Under the pieces are notes generated by a model. The model saw only the letters and a program-made list of their open reading frames with translations. It was not told the DNA's origin and did not search any database. DNA of 64,000 nucleotides from Bacillales bacterium UBA5578 (GTDB lineage Bacteria; Bacillota_I; Bacilli_A; RF39; UBA660): the NCBI GenBank assembly GCA_002425325.1, contig DIMA01000018.1, forward strand, positions 8,259 to 72,258. The letters are read 5' to 3'. Each line of letters opens with the position of its first letter. Positions within the stretch are counted from its first letter, which is position 1. Below, in pieces: positions 22,132 through 31,395 of this stretch. Both the position numbers and the translations under genes were made by a program.

Positions 22132-22581
22132 ATGAAAGAATCTATTGGACAAACATTTGTAACAAATTTGATTTTATTATTTACAGGCATTGGTCTCCTT
22201 TTATTATTTTATAGTGTTAATTATTCTAGGGCTTATAAAGCTAAAAATAGAATAATATATATATTAGAAAAAAATGAGAGCTTTGATGCAGCTAAATATG
22301 AAATTGATAATAATTTAGAAAAAGCTTCATATATATCTGTAAATGATAATAATTTTGATTATTGCAAAAAATATGGTGATATGGATAAAAATATATATCC
22401 TAAAAATTATACTAATAAAAATGAAAAATTTTATAAATATTGTGTATTTGAATATGAGGCTTCATATGGTAAATATTACAAAGTTATTACATTTATGAAA
22501 TTTGAAATTCCGTTAATTCAAGGTATATTAGAATTTCCTGTAAGGGGAGAAACTAAAAATATGATGAATACAGTAGAATAA
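22132..22581 (+). CDS. TadE/F-like pseudopilin
   Basis: MKESIG + hydrophobic helix; paralog of previous gene. Confidence 0.55.
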   Translation: MKESIGQTFVTNLILLFTGIGLLLLFYSVNYSRAYKAKNRIIYILEKNESFDAAKYEIDNNLEKASYISVNDNNFDYCKKYGDMDKNIYPKNYTNKNEKFYKYCVFEYEASYGKYYKVITFMKFEIPLIQGILEFPVRGETKNMMNTVE

Positions 22582-22592
22582 GAGGGTGCGAT

Positions 22593-23564
22593 ATGAACGT
22601 AATTGTTTCTAATAAATACCAAGTAATGCTTGAAAGTTTAGGTATTGATATTATTAAAAACATGAATGGTGAATTTGAAGTTGATGAAATTATTGTAACT
22701 TTCCAAAACTTCTTTTATCAAAGAATGATTTTAGATATTACAGCAATTAAAAATTATAAAGATTTAAAAAATTTACAAAGATTATCAATTTCATTAGATA
22801 TGGATAAGATTATTCTTTTACTAGATGATTCTCCTGAGAGTTCAGCTCCTGGATATTTATCAAAACTTATATCTATGGGAATTTATAATTTTACAAGAAA
22901 TATTGATGGTATTCAATATTTATATAATCATCCAAATTCTTATAGGGATGTAGCACAATATCATGTTATAGATGATGTTGTAGTTGTTCAACAACCAAGT
23001 AATAATACTTCAGCTCCTGCTGTAGTAGATACTTATAATTATGGACAACAATATAGTAAGATTATTGGTATTAAAAATGTTACTAAGAGTAGTGGTGCTA
23101 CTACATTAACTTATATGATGTATAATGCATTAGCTAAAAATTATAATGTAGCTGCAATTGAAGTTGATAAAACCGATTTTGCTTACTTACAAGATAATAC
23201 AATGATTTCTGCTATTAGTGGTAACGTTAGCCAAGAAGTTAGCAAATATACTACTTGTGATGTTATCTTAATTGATGTTAATAATAGTGTTCAAGCTGAG
23301 TCATTATGTAATGAAATTATTTATATAATTGAGCCTACAACTATTAAATTAAATAAATTAATGATGATTACACCACAAGCATTAAAAACAATAAAAGATA
23401 AAAAGGTCATATTAAATCAAAGCTTATTGAGTTCTAAAGATGTTTTGGATTTTGAATATGAATCTAAATTAAAGATTTTTTATAATATGCCTCCATTAGA
23501 CGAAAGAGAACAAAATAATGAAATCTTAAGAGATTTCCTAAGCAAATTAGGCTTTAATATATAG
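22593..23564 (+). CDS. TadZ/CpaE-like protein (receiver-like N-domain + degenerate ParA/MinD P-loop)
   Basis: IIGIKNVTKSSGATTLT deviant Walker A, VAAIEVD, DVILIDV; end of tad module. Confidence 0.6.
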   Translation: MNVIVSNKYQVMLESLGIDIIKNMNGEFEVDEIIVTFQNFFYQRMILDITAIKNYKDLKNLQRLSISLDMDKIILLLDDSPESSAPGYLSKLISMGIYNFTRNIDGIQYLYNHPNSYRDVAQYHVIDDVVVVQQPSNNTSAPAVVDTYNYGQQYSKIIGIKNVTKSSGATTLTYMMYNALAKNYNVAAIEVDKTDFAYLQDNTMISAISGNVSQEVSKYTTCDVILIDVNNSVQAESLCNEIIYIIEPTTIKLNKLMMITPQALKTIKDKKVILNQSLLSSKDVLDFEYESKLKIFYNMPPLDEREQNNEILRDFLSKLGFNI

Positions 23565-23581
23565 TATTATGAGGTGATTTT

Positions 23582-24592
23582 ATGAAAAACAAATTAACAA
23601 AAACTATTGTAATGATAGTTTTTGTCGTGTTTATAAGTTTATTTTTAAATGTTAATAATGTAAGAGCATGGGAATCTGTACCAGATGATGGTTATATTCA
23701 TTATTATACCGATTCTGGAACTGTTTGTTGGTATGGAAATGGTAATAATCAAATACAAGTTGAAGTTAATAATTCTGGTATTGGTATATATATTTCATAT
23801 GGTCCATGGTCTAAAAAATTTATTGAAAACTGGGAACATGATAAAGGTTTACATGGCGCTGTAAAAGTAGGTTTTAGAGGTGTTAAATATTACGATGACA
23901 ACAATAAAAGTTGCCCTAGATATGTAGCAAAATGTCATTATTACTCTGAAGATCGTTATTATGTTGTAAATACTGAGGATCAATTAGAAAGCTTGGATGA
24001 TAAATGTTATGCAGAAGCTGTTTTAACGGGTTCATATTCTTTTTCAAGCAAAGAATTAGTTAGAACTTGGCAAGTTCCTGTTGAAGTGCCTGATGATGTT
24101 ATTATAGTAGAGGAAGAACCAACTTATGAATGTGCTATTGTAAATGGTGAATATTATGATGCATCAGGAAATAAGGTTTCTCAATCTGTGTATGAAGAAT
24201 CTTGTGCTACACCTGAAATTAATGAAGGAATTGTAAATCCATTAGAAGATAATAGTGAGTCATATAGTTGTGGAGATGGATATTTAACAGATATTCCTGG
24301 ATCATTACTTAGAGTAACTAGTTTATTATATACATTATTTCAAGTTGTAATTCCTGTAATTCTTGTTATAATATGTTCAATAGATTTAATTAAGGCAATG
24401 GCAGGTCAAAAAGAAGATGAAATCAAAAAAGGACAACATTTATTAATTAAAAGATTAATTCAAGCAATTATAATATTCTTTGTATTTGCTATTGTTAAAT
24501 TTTTAGTTAGTGTTGTAAGTCAAAATAGTAGTAGTGTAATAGACTGTGTAAATTGCTTTATTGATGGTAAAGATAGCGATAGTTGTGTATAG
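23582..24592 (+). CDS. VirB2/TrbC-like pilin paralog 1 with ~200 aa N-terminal extracellular domain
   Basis: Signal peptide; C-terminal SCG...TM-DLIKAMAGQKEDEIKKGQ..IKRL-TM-CVNCF module. Confidence 0.65.
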   Translation: MKNKLTKTIVMIVFVVFISLFLNVNNVRAWESVPDDGYIHYYTDSGTVCWYGNGNNQIQVEVNNSGIGIYISYGPWSKKFIENWEHDKGLHGAVKVGFRGVKYYDDNNKSCPRYVAKCHYYSEDRYYVVNTEDQLESLDDKCYAEAVLTGSYSFSSKELVRTWQVPVEVPDDVIIVEEEPTYECAIVNGEYYDASGNKVSQSVYEESCATPEINEGIVNPLEDNSESYSCGDGYLTDIPGSLLRVTSLLYTLFQVVIPVILVIICSIDLIKAMAGQKEDEIKKGQHLLIKRLIQAIIIFFVFAIVKFLVSVVSQNSSSVIDCVNCFIDGKDSDSCV

Positions 24593-24601
24593 GGGGATAA
24601 T

Positions 24602-25081
24602 ATGAAAAAATATTTTAGATATATAATTTGCACATTAATGGTTATGTTTTTTAAAATAAATGTATTCGCAGCTAATGCTCCGTTTATGCAAACGGAAAAA
24701 GTATCATGTGGAGATGGATTAATAAACAATCTACCTAAAATTGTTATTACATTATGTAATACATTATATAATGTAGTTATGGTTTTAATTCCTGTAATTC
24801 TTGTATTTCTAGGAATTATTGACTTAATGCGAGGAATGATGAGTCAAAAAGAAGATGAAATCAAAAAAGGTAGAGATGGATTTATAAAAAGAACTATAAT
24901 GGGTTTAGTTATCTTCTTAGTTGTTATTGTGGTAAAAATAATTGTTAGTTTCCTAGATAGTGGAACTAATTCAAATAAAATAATAAATTGTGTTGATTGT
25001 ATTATTAGTGGTGAGTGTGATACTCAATCTAGTTCACAAACATCAAATAATAATAATAATAATCAACAAATGTTAGCATAG
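24602..25081 (+). CDS. VirB2/TrbC-like pilin paralog 2
   Basis: Signal peptide, two TM helices joined by QKEDEIKKG..FIKR loop, CVDC. Confidence 0.7.
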   Translation: MKKYFRYIICTLMVMFFKINVFAANAPFMQTEKVSCGDGLINNLPKIVITLCNTLYNVVMVLIPVILVFLGIIDLMRGMMSQKEDEIKKGRDGFIKRTIMGLVIFLVVIVVKIIVSFLDSGTNSNKIINCVDCIISGECDTQSSSQTSNNNNNNQQMLA

Positions 25082-25089
25082 GAGGATAT

Positions 25090-25506
25090 ATGAAAAAGAA
25101 AAAATTATTATTTATATTTATGATATTTGTCTGTCTTTTTACATTTATCCCTAATGTTAATGCTGAAAATTTTACTTGTTCAGCATTTGGAAGTGATGTT
25201 TATATTGATAAACATCTTGCACAAATAACAAAATATGTTATACTAATCTTACAAATTGTAGCGCCTATTATTTTAGTTATAATGGGAATGATTGATTTAA
25301 TGAAAGGTATTACTTCACAAAAAGAAGATGAAATCAAAAAAGGACAACAAATATTTATCAAACGTTTAATTGCTGGTTTAATACTATTCTTTGTATTTGC
25401 AATTACAAAGTTTGTAATTAGTGTTGCTGCTAGTTCTTCTGATAGTAATATTATGAATTGTGCATCATGCTTTATAAGCGGACCAGATGATGTAGATTGT
25501 AGATAG
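25090..25506 (+). CDS. VirB2/TrbC-like pilin paralog 3
   Basis: Same module; CASCF. Confidence 0.7.
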   Translation: MKKKKLLFIFMIFVCLFTFIPNVNAENFTCSAFGSDVYIDKHLAQITKYVILILQIVAPIILVIMGMIDLMKGITSQKEDEIKKGQQIFIKRLIAGLILFFVFAITKFVISVAASSSDSNIMNCASCFISGPDDVDCR

Positions 25507-25510
25507 GAGT

Positions 25511-25978
25511 ATGAATATGAAAAAGAATATAATTAAATTTACAATGTTTACTTTAATATGTGTATTTGCTTTAAACTCAAACGTTTTTGCAGCAGATATA
25601 ACATGTAATGAATTAGGTAGTGCAAAAATAGATGCTTCGATAGTTGATTTAATACACACAATTATCTTAGTATTACAAATAGCTGTACCAATTTTATTAG
25701 TTGTTTTTGGAATGTTAGACTTAATGAAAGCTGTTATAGCTCAAAAAGAAGATGAAATTAAAAAAGGACAACAAACATTTATCAAACGTTTAGTTGCAGC
25801 AATTATTTTCTTCTTTGTTATAGCTATTGTTAAATTTGCAATTAGTGCTATTTCAAAAGATAATGGTGATATTATTAGTTGTATGAATTGCTTTATAGAA
25901 GGTTCAAAATCAACTTCATGTCAAGTTGCTACAACTACTAATTCTAATGCAAATAAAAATACTAAACCAACAGTTTAA
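25511..25978 (+). CDS. VirB2/TrbC-like pilin paralog 4
   Basis: Same module; CMNCF. Confidence 0.7.
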   Translation: MNMKKNIIKFTMFTLICVFALNSNVFAADITCNELGSAKIDASIVDLIHTIILVLQIAVPILLVVFGMLDLMKAVIAQKEDEIKKGQQTFIKRLVAAIIFFFVIAIVKFAISAISKDNGDIISCMNCFIEGSKSTSCQVATTTNSNANKNTKPTV

Positions 25979-25991
25979 TTGAGGTGAAAAT

Positions 25992-27095
25992 ATGGTTGAT
26001 GCTTTAAAAAGTATGGATAAAAAATACTTAATGATAATTGGTGGAATTTTTGGAATACTTTTATTAGTTATAATTGTTTTAGCATCTATGAAAGGATGTT
26101 CAGGACCTAGTAAAAACTATCAAAGTGCTGAAAGTAAAATGGTTAAAGCAGCTAAAGAGTATTTTAAAGAAAAAGGATTACCTGAAAATGGTAAGAGCAA
26201 AGAAGTTAGTGTTACAGAATTATCTGGATCAGGTAAAATGAAAAAATTAGATAAAATATTATCTGATAAAACATGTGATGGTAAAGTAACTATATATAAT
26301 AATAATGATAATTATTTAGTCGTTCCTCATTTAGAATGTAGTGAATATAAAACTAAACATTTAAAAGATAAAATTATTGAAGATAGTGAAGTTATTAACC
26401 CAGAAGATCCATATAAATCAGGACTTTATAAAATGGATGATAAATATGTTTTTAGAGGAAAAAATCCAAATAACTATGTATCATTTGGTGGATTAATCTG
26501 GCGTATAATTGATATTGATAAAGATGGTACTATTAGAGTTATAAAAGTTGAACCAGAAAAGAATAAATCTGTATGGGACAATAAATATAATGTTGAAGTA
26601 AATAAAAATTATGGTATAAATGACTATAAAAATAGTGTATTATTAGAAAGATTAAATTCTGAATATAGTAAATTTAAAAAAGAAAGTAAAAAACATTTAT
26701 CTTCATTCAATGTTTGTATAGGAAAAAGAAATCCAACTGATATTGGAATAGATTATAATATTGATTGTTCTGAAATATTAGAAAACCAATATATTAGTGT
26801 AATAAATGTTTCAGATTATAGTAGACCTTCATTAGATGAACATTGTGATTCAATTGTTGCGGGTGCATGTACAAATTATAATTATATGTTATATGTAACT
26901 GGTAATACTTGGACAGTAAGCACTAAGAAAGATTCTACTTATAATGCTATTATGATTACTGGTGGAGTAGGTGCTTCAGATACTGCAAAAACGTCTAGTT
27001 CTTACAACTGGGTTGTTGCATTTAGAGGTGATGAACTATATACTCAAGGTGATGGTTCTGCTAATAATCCATATTTAATTAGTAATGAAAAATAA
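25992..27095 (+). CDS. Single-TM surface protein with type IV pilin-like helix and C-terminal globular domain
   Basis: TM, then M..AAKEYF...VSV.EL...C.G.V...LEC; then YVFRGKNPNNYVSF...WRII and terminal GDGS.NNPY. Confidence 0.55.
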   Translation: MVDALKSMDKKYLMIIGGIFGILLLVIIVLASMKGCSGPSKNYQSAESKMVKAAKEYFKEKGLPENGKSKEVSVTELSGSGKMKKLDKILSDKTCDGKVTIYNNNDNYLVVPHLECSEYKTKHLKDKIIEDSEVINPEDPYKSGLYKMDDKYVFRGKNPNNYVSFGGLIWRIIDIDKDGTIRVIKVEPEKNKSVWDNKYNVEVNKNYGINDYKNSVLLERLNSEYSKFKKESKKHLSSFNVCIGKRNPTDIGIDYNIDCSEILENQYISVINVSDYSRPSLDEHCDSIVAGACTNYNYMLYVTGNTWTVSTKKDSTYNAIMITGGVGASDTAKTSSSYNWVVAFRGDELYTQGDGSANNPYLISNEK

Positions 27096-27104
27096 TATGA
27101 TATA

Positions 27105-27133
27105 TTGACACAAAAAAACTAATAGAGTATAAT
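27105..27133 (+). promoter_or_regulatory. Perfect sigma-A consensus promoter
   Basis: TTGACA (27105-27110), 17-bp spacer, TATAAT (27128-27133), then AGGAGG RBS. Confidence 0.85.
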
Positions 27134-27158
27134 TTTTAGTATAGAGGAGGAAAAAATT

Positions 27159-27551
27159 ATGATTAATTTTTTAGCTTTACAATCTAATGGATCATATACT
27201 TGTGGAGATAGTGGATTAAGTTTCCAAGGTTCACTTCCAAGTACAATTTCCATGATTATATTATTAATTAAAATTGTAGTTCCAATTTTATTAATAGTAT
27301 TTGGTATGTTAGATTTAGCAAAAGCTGTTATGGCTCAAAAAGAAGATGAAATTAAAAAAGGACAACAAACATTTATTAAACGTTTAATTGCAGCTGTAGT
27401 AGTATTCTTTATTATTACTATTGTTCAAATTGTTATTAAATATGTTTCTGGAGGAGATTCTTCAGTAACAAGTTGTTTCAATTGTTTCGTAAATGGTAGT
27501 GCCGGAGATAACGGTTGCAAAATGGAAACAGGAAATGGTCCAACAATTTAA
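27159..27551 (+). CDS. VirB2/TrbC-like pilin paralog 5 (shortest; probable major subunit)
   Basis: Same module (DLAKAVMAQKEDEIKKGQQTFIKRL; CFNCF); no classical signal peptide; own promoter and terminator. Confidence 0.7.
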   Translation: MINFLALQSNGSYTCGDSGLSFQGSLPSTISMIILLIKIVVPILLIVFGMLDLAKAVMAQKEDEIKKGQQTFIKRLIAAVVVFFIITIVQIVIKYVSGGDSSVTSCFNCFVNGSAGDNGCKMETGNGPTI

Positions 27552-27579
27552 AAAACTATTTTAATAATAGTTTTTTTTT
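27550..27579 (+). repeat. 30-bp terminator, copy 1 of a direct repeat
   Basis: aaaaaactattttaataatagttttttttt, identical to 28834-28863. Confidence 0.8.
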
Positions 27580-27624
27580 ATTATTTTTTTTGATATAATA
27601 ATTTTAACGAATAGAGGTAATAAA

Positions 27625-28818
27625 ATGAAAAAAATTATTTATATGATAATAACTTTTATTTCATTATTTGTTTTTTCAAATGATGTTAAAGCAGTTACTA
27701 TGACAGAGCCTATACGAATCTGTGAATATGGTGTAAGAGATGGTGATGATGGTAGTACTTGGGATAGTAGAATAAAAATTGAGGTTTATTCAAGAACTTT
27801 TTTAAGAATTAATGGAGCAGGTTCTTATATCGTTAAAAGTATTTTTTTTGAAGATGGAACAATGAATGATGGGGTTGCATTTTATAATACTGACGGTAGT
27901 GAACAATATGTTGCTTATGGTGAAGATACTTCCGCTAGTAAATCACAATATTATTATTATATATCATTATGGCCATTTGAAACTACATATCAGTCTTTAG
28001 AAGGTAAATGCCCTCCAACTGTAAAATATGAAGTTAAACATGAAGGTGGAACTAGAACAAAAACTTATTTTCTTTTTTATAATGATGATTTAGATAAACC
28101 TGCTACAGCTGATTCTATATTTTTAGCAAATTGTCCTTCTGGTTCTTCTTGCTTAAGTATTACATCTTTAGTAAGAGGTGATGATACTATTGTAGAATCT
28201 GTTGGATTTGATAGTTCTATAGGACGTTTAATTGAAAAGGGTTCAAAAGATAAACCTTTATCGGAAATAGCAGATGATTATGGTTGCCTAACTTATTCAG
28301 CTGGATTAAATCAAATTAGAAATTCTATGAATAAAGTTTCTCCTGCTTCATGTAATAATAATGCATATTTTAATAAAGCATATCAAGATTTAAATGAAAT
28401 GTGTAATAGATATAAAAGTTCATCTTATTATTCAGATGAAAATAGTGATGAATTACAAACTAAGGCATGTAGCAAAGCTTGTACTTTATTTAGAGATAAT
28501 GTAGCAAAAATTTGTGGATATGATGTTAATCAACCAAGTTGTGGATCGTTAGGATCTAGAACTATAGACTGGATATTTAAAATAATAAGAATAGTAAGAT
28601 ATGCAGTTCCAGCATTATTAGTTATTTTAAGTATATTAGATTATATAAAAGCAATAGCATCAGATAGTGATGATGAAGTTAAGAAAACAAATGGAAAAGT
28701 AGTTAAAAGAATGATAGCTGCCGCTTTAGTATTCCTAGTACCATTCTTATTAGAATTTATATTGAATTTATTTGAAATTCCAGGGCTTAATTCTAACAAC
28801 CCATTCTGTGCTAATTAA
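27625..28818 (+). CDS. VirB2/TrbC-like pilin paralog 6 (divergent) with ~270 aa Cys-rich N-terminal domain
   Basis: Signal peptide; C-terminal SCGSLG...VPALLVILSILDYIKAIASDSDDEVKK...KRMIAAALVFLVP. Confidence 0.65.
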   Translation: MKKIIYMIITFISLFVFSNDVKAVTMTEPIRICEYGVRDGDDGSTWDSRIKIEVYSRTFLRINGAGSYIVKSIFFEDGTMNDGVAFYNTDGSEQYVAYGEDTSASKSQYYYYISLWPFETTYQSLEGKCPPTVKYEVKHEGGTRTKTYFLFYNDDLDKPATADSIFLANCPSGSSCLSITSLVRGDDTIVESVGFDSSIGRLIEKGSKDKPLSEIADDYGCLTYSAGLNQIRNSMNKVSPASCNNNAYFNKAYQDLNEMCNRYKSSSYYSDENSDELQTKACSKACTLFRDNVAKICGYDVNQPSCGSLGSRTIDWIFKIIRIVRYAVPALLVILSILDYIKAIASDSDDEVKKTNGKVVKRMIAAALVFLVPFLLEFILNLFEIPGLNSNNPFCAN

Positions 28819-28833
28819 ATGAGTATATAAGCA

Positions 28834-28863
28834 AAAAAACTATTTTAATAATAGTTTTTTTTT
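28834..28863 (+). repeat. 30-bp terminator, copy 2 of a direct repeat
   Basis: Identical to 27550-27579; both copies are followed by TGATATAAT. Confidence 0.8.
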
Positions 28864-28930
28864 GATATAATATTGATAGTAGTGAAATATTAAATAAATT
28901 AATAAATTTAAGAAGGGTCGATGTTTATAT

Positions 28931-31057
28931 ATGGATTTTATAATTAAAACTTTTAGAATTTTATTCTTTATGTTAGATGAAGTAGTATATGGTTTAATAG
29001 ATGATTTTTATGCTTTACTATTACAACTATGTAGAACTTCAATTTTTACACAAGATGTTATAAGTGAATTTGCAAAAAGAGTTTATGCACTTGTTGGTAT
29101 ATTTATGTTGTTTAAAGTTACACTATCAATAATTACATATATATTAAATCCAGATGATTTTAGTGATAAAGAAAAAGGTTTTACATCAATTATTAAACAT
29201 GTAATTTTATCTTTGGTTTTAGTAGTAATAACTCCATATATTTTTAGTGAAGCGTACGATTTACAAACTATAATATTAGAAGATAATACCATTATGAATG
29301 TAGTGTTTGGTACACCAGCTGAAGCTCATATGCCTAATACTAGTTATGTAGAGTCGGCTGGGAACAAGATACAATTTACGATTATGTATGCTTTTGCGCA
29401 ACCAAATATAGATGATTTCTATACGGATTCTAATACAAATTTGGCATCGTGTGCAACTACATATAAGAAAGATTCGAATGGTAACTACGAATTTAGAGCG
29501 TTACCAAAATATGATATAGAAGTTGCATCTGCTTGTGAAGCAGGAAAATCATGCTTTATATACGAATTAAATCCTGATTGTTTTGGATCATATAATGCAG
29601 ATAATGATACATATGAAAATGGACCTTTATATAATGCTTTTAACGAATACGAAAGTGAAGACTCAATTGCTGGTTCAACAGTTTATCAAAACTATGCTCA
29701 AGGTGTTGCTCAACAAAGTTTTAATATGTTCTTTAGAAAAGATGTAATTCTTGCAACTGTAGATACTGATGGAACTAAGCGATATATTATAGATTATAAA
29801 TTTGGTATTAGTACTGCTGTTGGTATAGGTGTATTATATTTATTATTATTATTCTGTATTGATATAGCAGTTCGTTCTGTTAAATTAGGTTTCTTACAAA
29901 TGATTGCTCCGATTCCAATTATTTCATATTGTGATCCAAAATCTAAAAAAGATGGAATGTTTAGTAAATGGTTAAAAATGTGTACATCGACATATTTAGA
30001 ATTATTCTTTAGATTATTTGCTTTATATTTTGGTATTTATGTTATTTCATTAATAGGAACATTTAAAGATGTAATCACTAATCAAAAAGTAGATGGTTTC
30101 TTTGTATCTGTATTTATGATAATAGGAATTTTGATTTTTGTTAAGCAATTACCAAAAATTCTTGAAGATAGTCTTGGAATTAAAGGTGCTGGTAACTTCC
30201 AATTAAATGCATTAAAAAAATTAGAAAACGATATGCTTGGTGGTAAATATGCTGCAGCAGGTATTAGAAGAGGTCGAAATGCTATAGGTGGTGCTGCAGT
30301 TGCAGGTATAACAGGTGCTGGATTTGCCGGAATGGGTAAGGCATTTACAGGCGGTTTGAAAGGCGATAAATTTAGTAAACAATTAATGGATGCTAGAGCT
30401 GCAAAGCATAATAGAAAAGCTAATCTTTTAAAAATGAAAGATGATGGCGTTAATGATTTTGATATTTTAGGAGAAAAATGGTATCAAGCTAGACATGGTG
30501 GTCTTACTAGAAGTGAACATGCAACAAATGTTTCGAATGCTATGAAATCAATTCAAGATGATTATGCTAATTATGAAAAAACAGCTGCTGGTGTAGATGC
30601 GATTGCTAAGGACTTTGATAAACGTAAAAAAGCTGCAGAAGCAGCAGGTGATTATGCTGAAGCTAAAAGATGGTCTACTGCATTTGATGCACGTGTAAAA
30701 GAAATTGCTAAAAATCATGGTAAAGTTGTAGGAAAAACTTCGATAGCTGATTTAAGTACAACAGTTGATGCAGATGGAAATATAATAGCTGGAACTGATT
30801 ATTATGGAACAGCTGTTGGTGGTACAGTTGAAGTTAATGCTGCATTAAGAAATACACAAGATCATATGGATTCTGTTGCTGCTGCAATGAATAGTCAAGG
30901 TTCTGATGTTGCAGGATATCAAGTTATTAATGCTAGCACAGCTTCAGATATTAAGGCTGTTAAGAATCAAGCACAAGCATCACAACAATCTATTGATACT
31001 AATGCAGCTAATAAGAAAAATGCTGACGTTGCTAAGTATGTTAATCAAAAGAAATAA
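28931..31057 (+). CDS. VirB6/TrbL-like polytopic T4SS channel protein
   Basis: Multiple TMs; DIAVRSVKLGFLQMIAPIPI...F.KWLK....YL.LF.R pattern; upstream of virB3/virB4-like genes. Confidence 0.7.
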   Translation: MDFIIKTFRILFFMLDEVVYGLIDDFYALLLQLCRTSIFTQDVISEFAKRVYALVGIFMLFKVTLSIITYILNPDDFSDKEKGFTSIIKHVILSLVLVVITPYIFSEAYDLQTIILEDNTIMNVVFGTPAEAHMPNTSYVESAGNKIQFTIMYAFAQPNIDDFYTDSNTNLASCATTYKKDSNGNYEFRALPKYDIEVASACEAGKSCFIYELNPDCFGSYNADNDTYENGPLYNAFNEYESEDSIAGSTVYQNYAQGVAQQSFNMFFRKDVILATVDTDGTKRYIIDYKFGISTAVGIGVLYLLLLFCIDIAVRSVKLGFLQMIAPIPIISYCDPKSKKDGMFSKWLKMCTSTYLELFFRLFALYFGIYVISLIGTFKDVITNQKVDGFFVSVFMIIGILIFVKQLPKILEDSLGIKGAGNFQLNALKKLENDMLGGKYAAAGIRRGRNAIGGAAVAGITGAGFAGMGKAFTGGLKGDKFSKQLMDARAAKHNRKANLLKMKDDGVNDFDILGEKWYQARHGGLTRSEHATNVSNAMKSIQDDYANYEKTAAGVDAIAKDFDKRKKAAEAAGDYAEAKRWSTAFDARVKEIAKNHGKVVGKTSIADLSTTVDADGNIIAGTDYYGTAVGGTVEVNAALRNTQDHMDSVAAAMNSQGSDVAGYQVINASTASDIKAVKNQAQASQQSIDTNAANKKNADVAKYVNQKK

Positions 31058-31077
31058 AAAAGAGGATGTGAATAAAA

Positions 31078-31395
31078 ATGGGGAATTATTTAATACCAGC
31101 CAATTCAAAAAAGTCTATGTTAATATTTGGGCTGTTTAATCAATTAGATTTAATTATATTTGGTGTAGGAATTGGTATATCGTTATTACTATTAATGATA
31201 TTACCTGTAGATGAACTTGTTTGGGCGATACTTGCTATTGCCCCAGGTTGTATCTGCGCATTATTGGTGTTACCAATTCCTAATTATCATAATGTTAGAA
31301 CATTTATTAAATCAGCATATACATTTTATACAACTAGACAACAATTTGTTTGGAAAGGATGGTGCTATAAAGATTATGGCAACTCAAAAAAGTAA
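31078..31395 (+). CDS. PrgI/VirB3-like two-TM protein
   Basis: Y.IP.N.K....IFG.F...L + two TMs, 105 aa, before VirB4. Confidence 0.7.
   Translation: MGNYLIPANSKKSMLIFGLFNQLDLIIFGVGIGISLLLLMILPVDELVWAILAIAPGCICALLVLPIPNYHNVRTFIKSAYTFYTTRQQFVWKGWCYKDYGNSKK

Noticed and set aside
24400-27400. Recurrent ~26-bp sequence caaaaagaagatgaaatYaaaaaagg as a possible CRISPR or DGR repeat
   Set aside because: Spacing is 400-1600 bp and every copy is the in-frame QKEDEIKKG loop of a paralog; no cas or reverse transcriptase gene in the window.
31211-31375. N-terminal 55 codons of ORF 31211..31924
   Set aside because: Overlaps the PrgI-like gene out of frame; ATG 31376 is the more plausible start.
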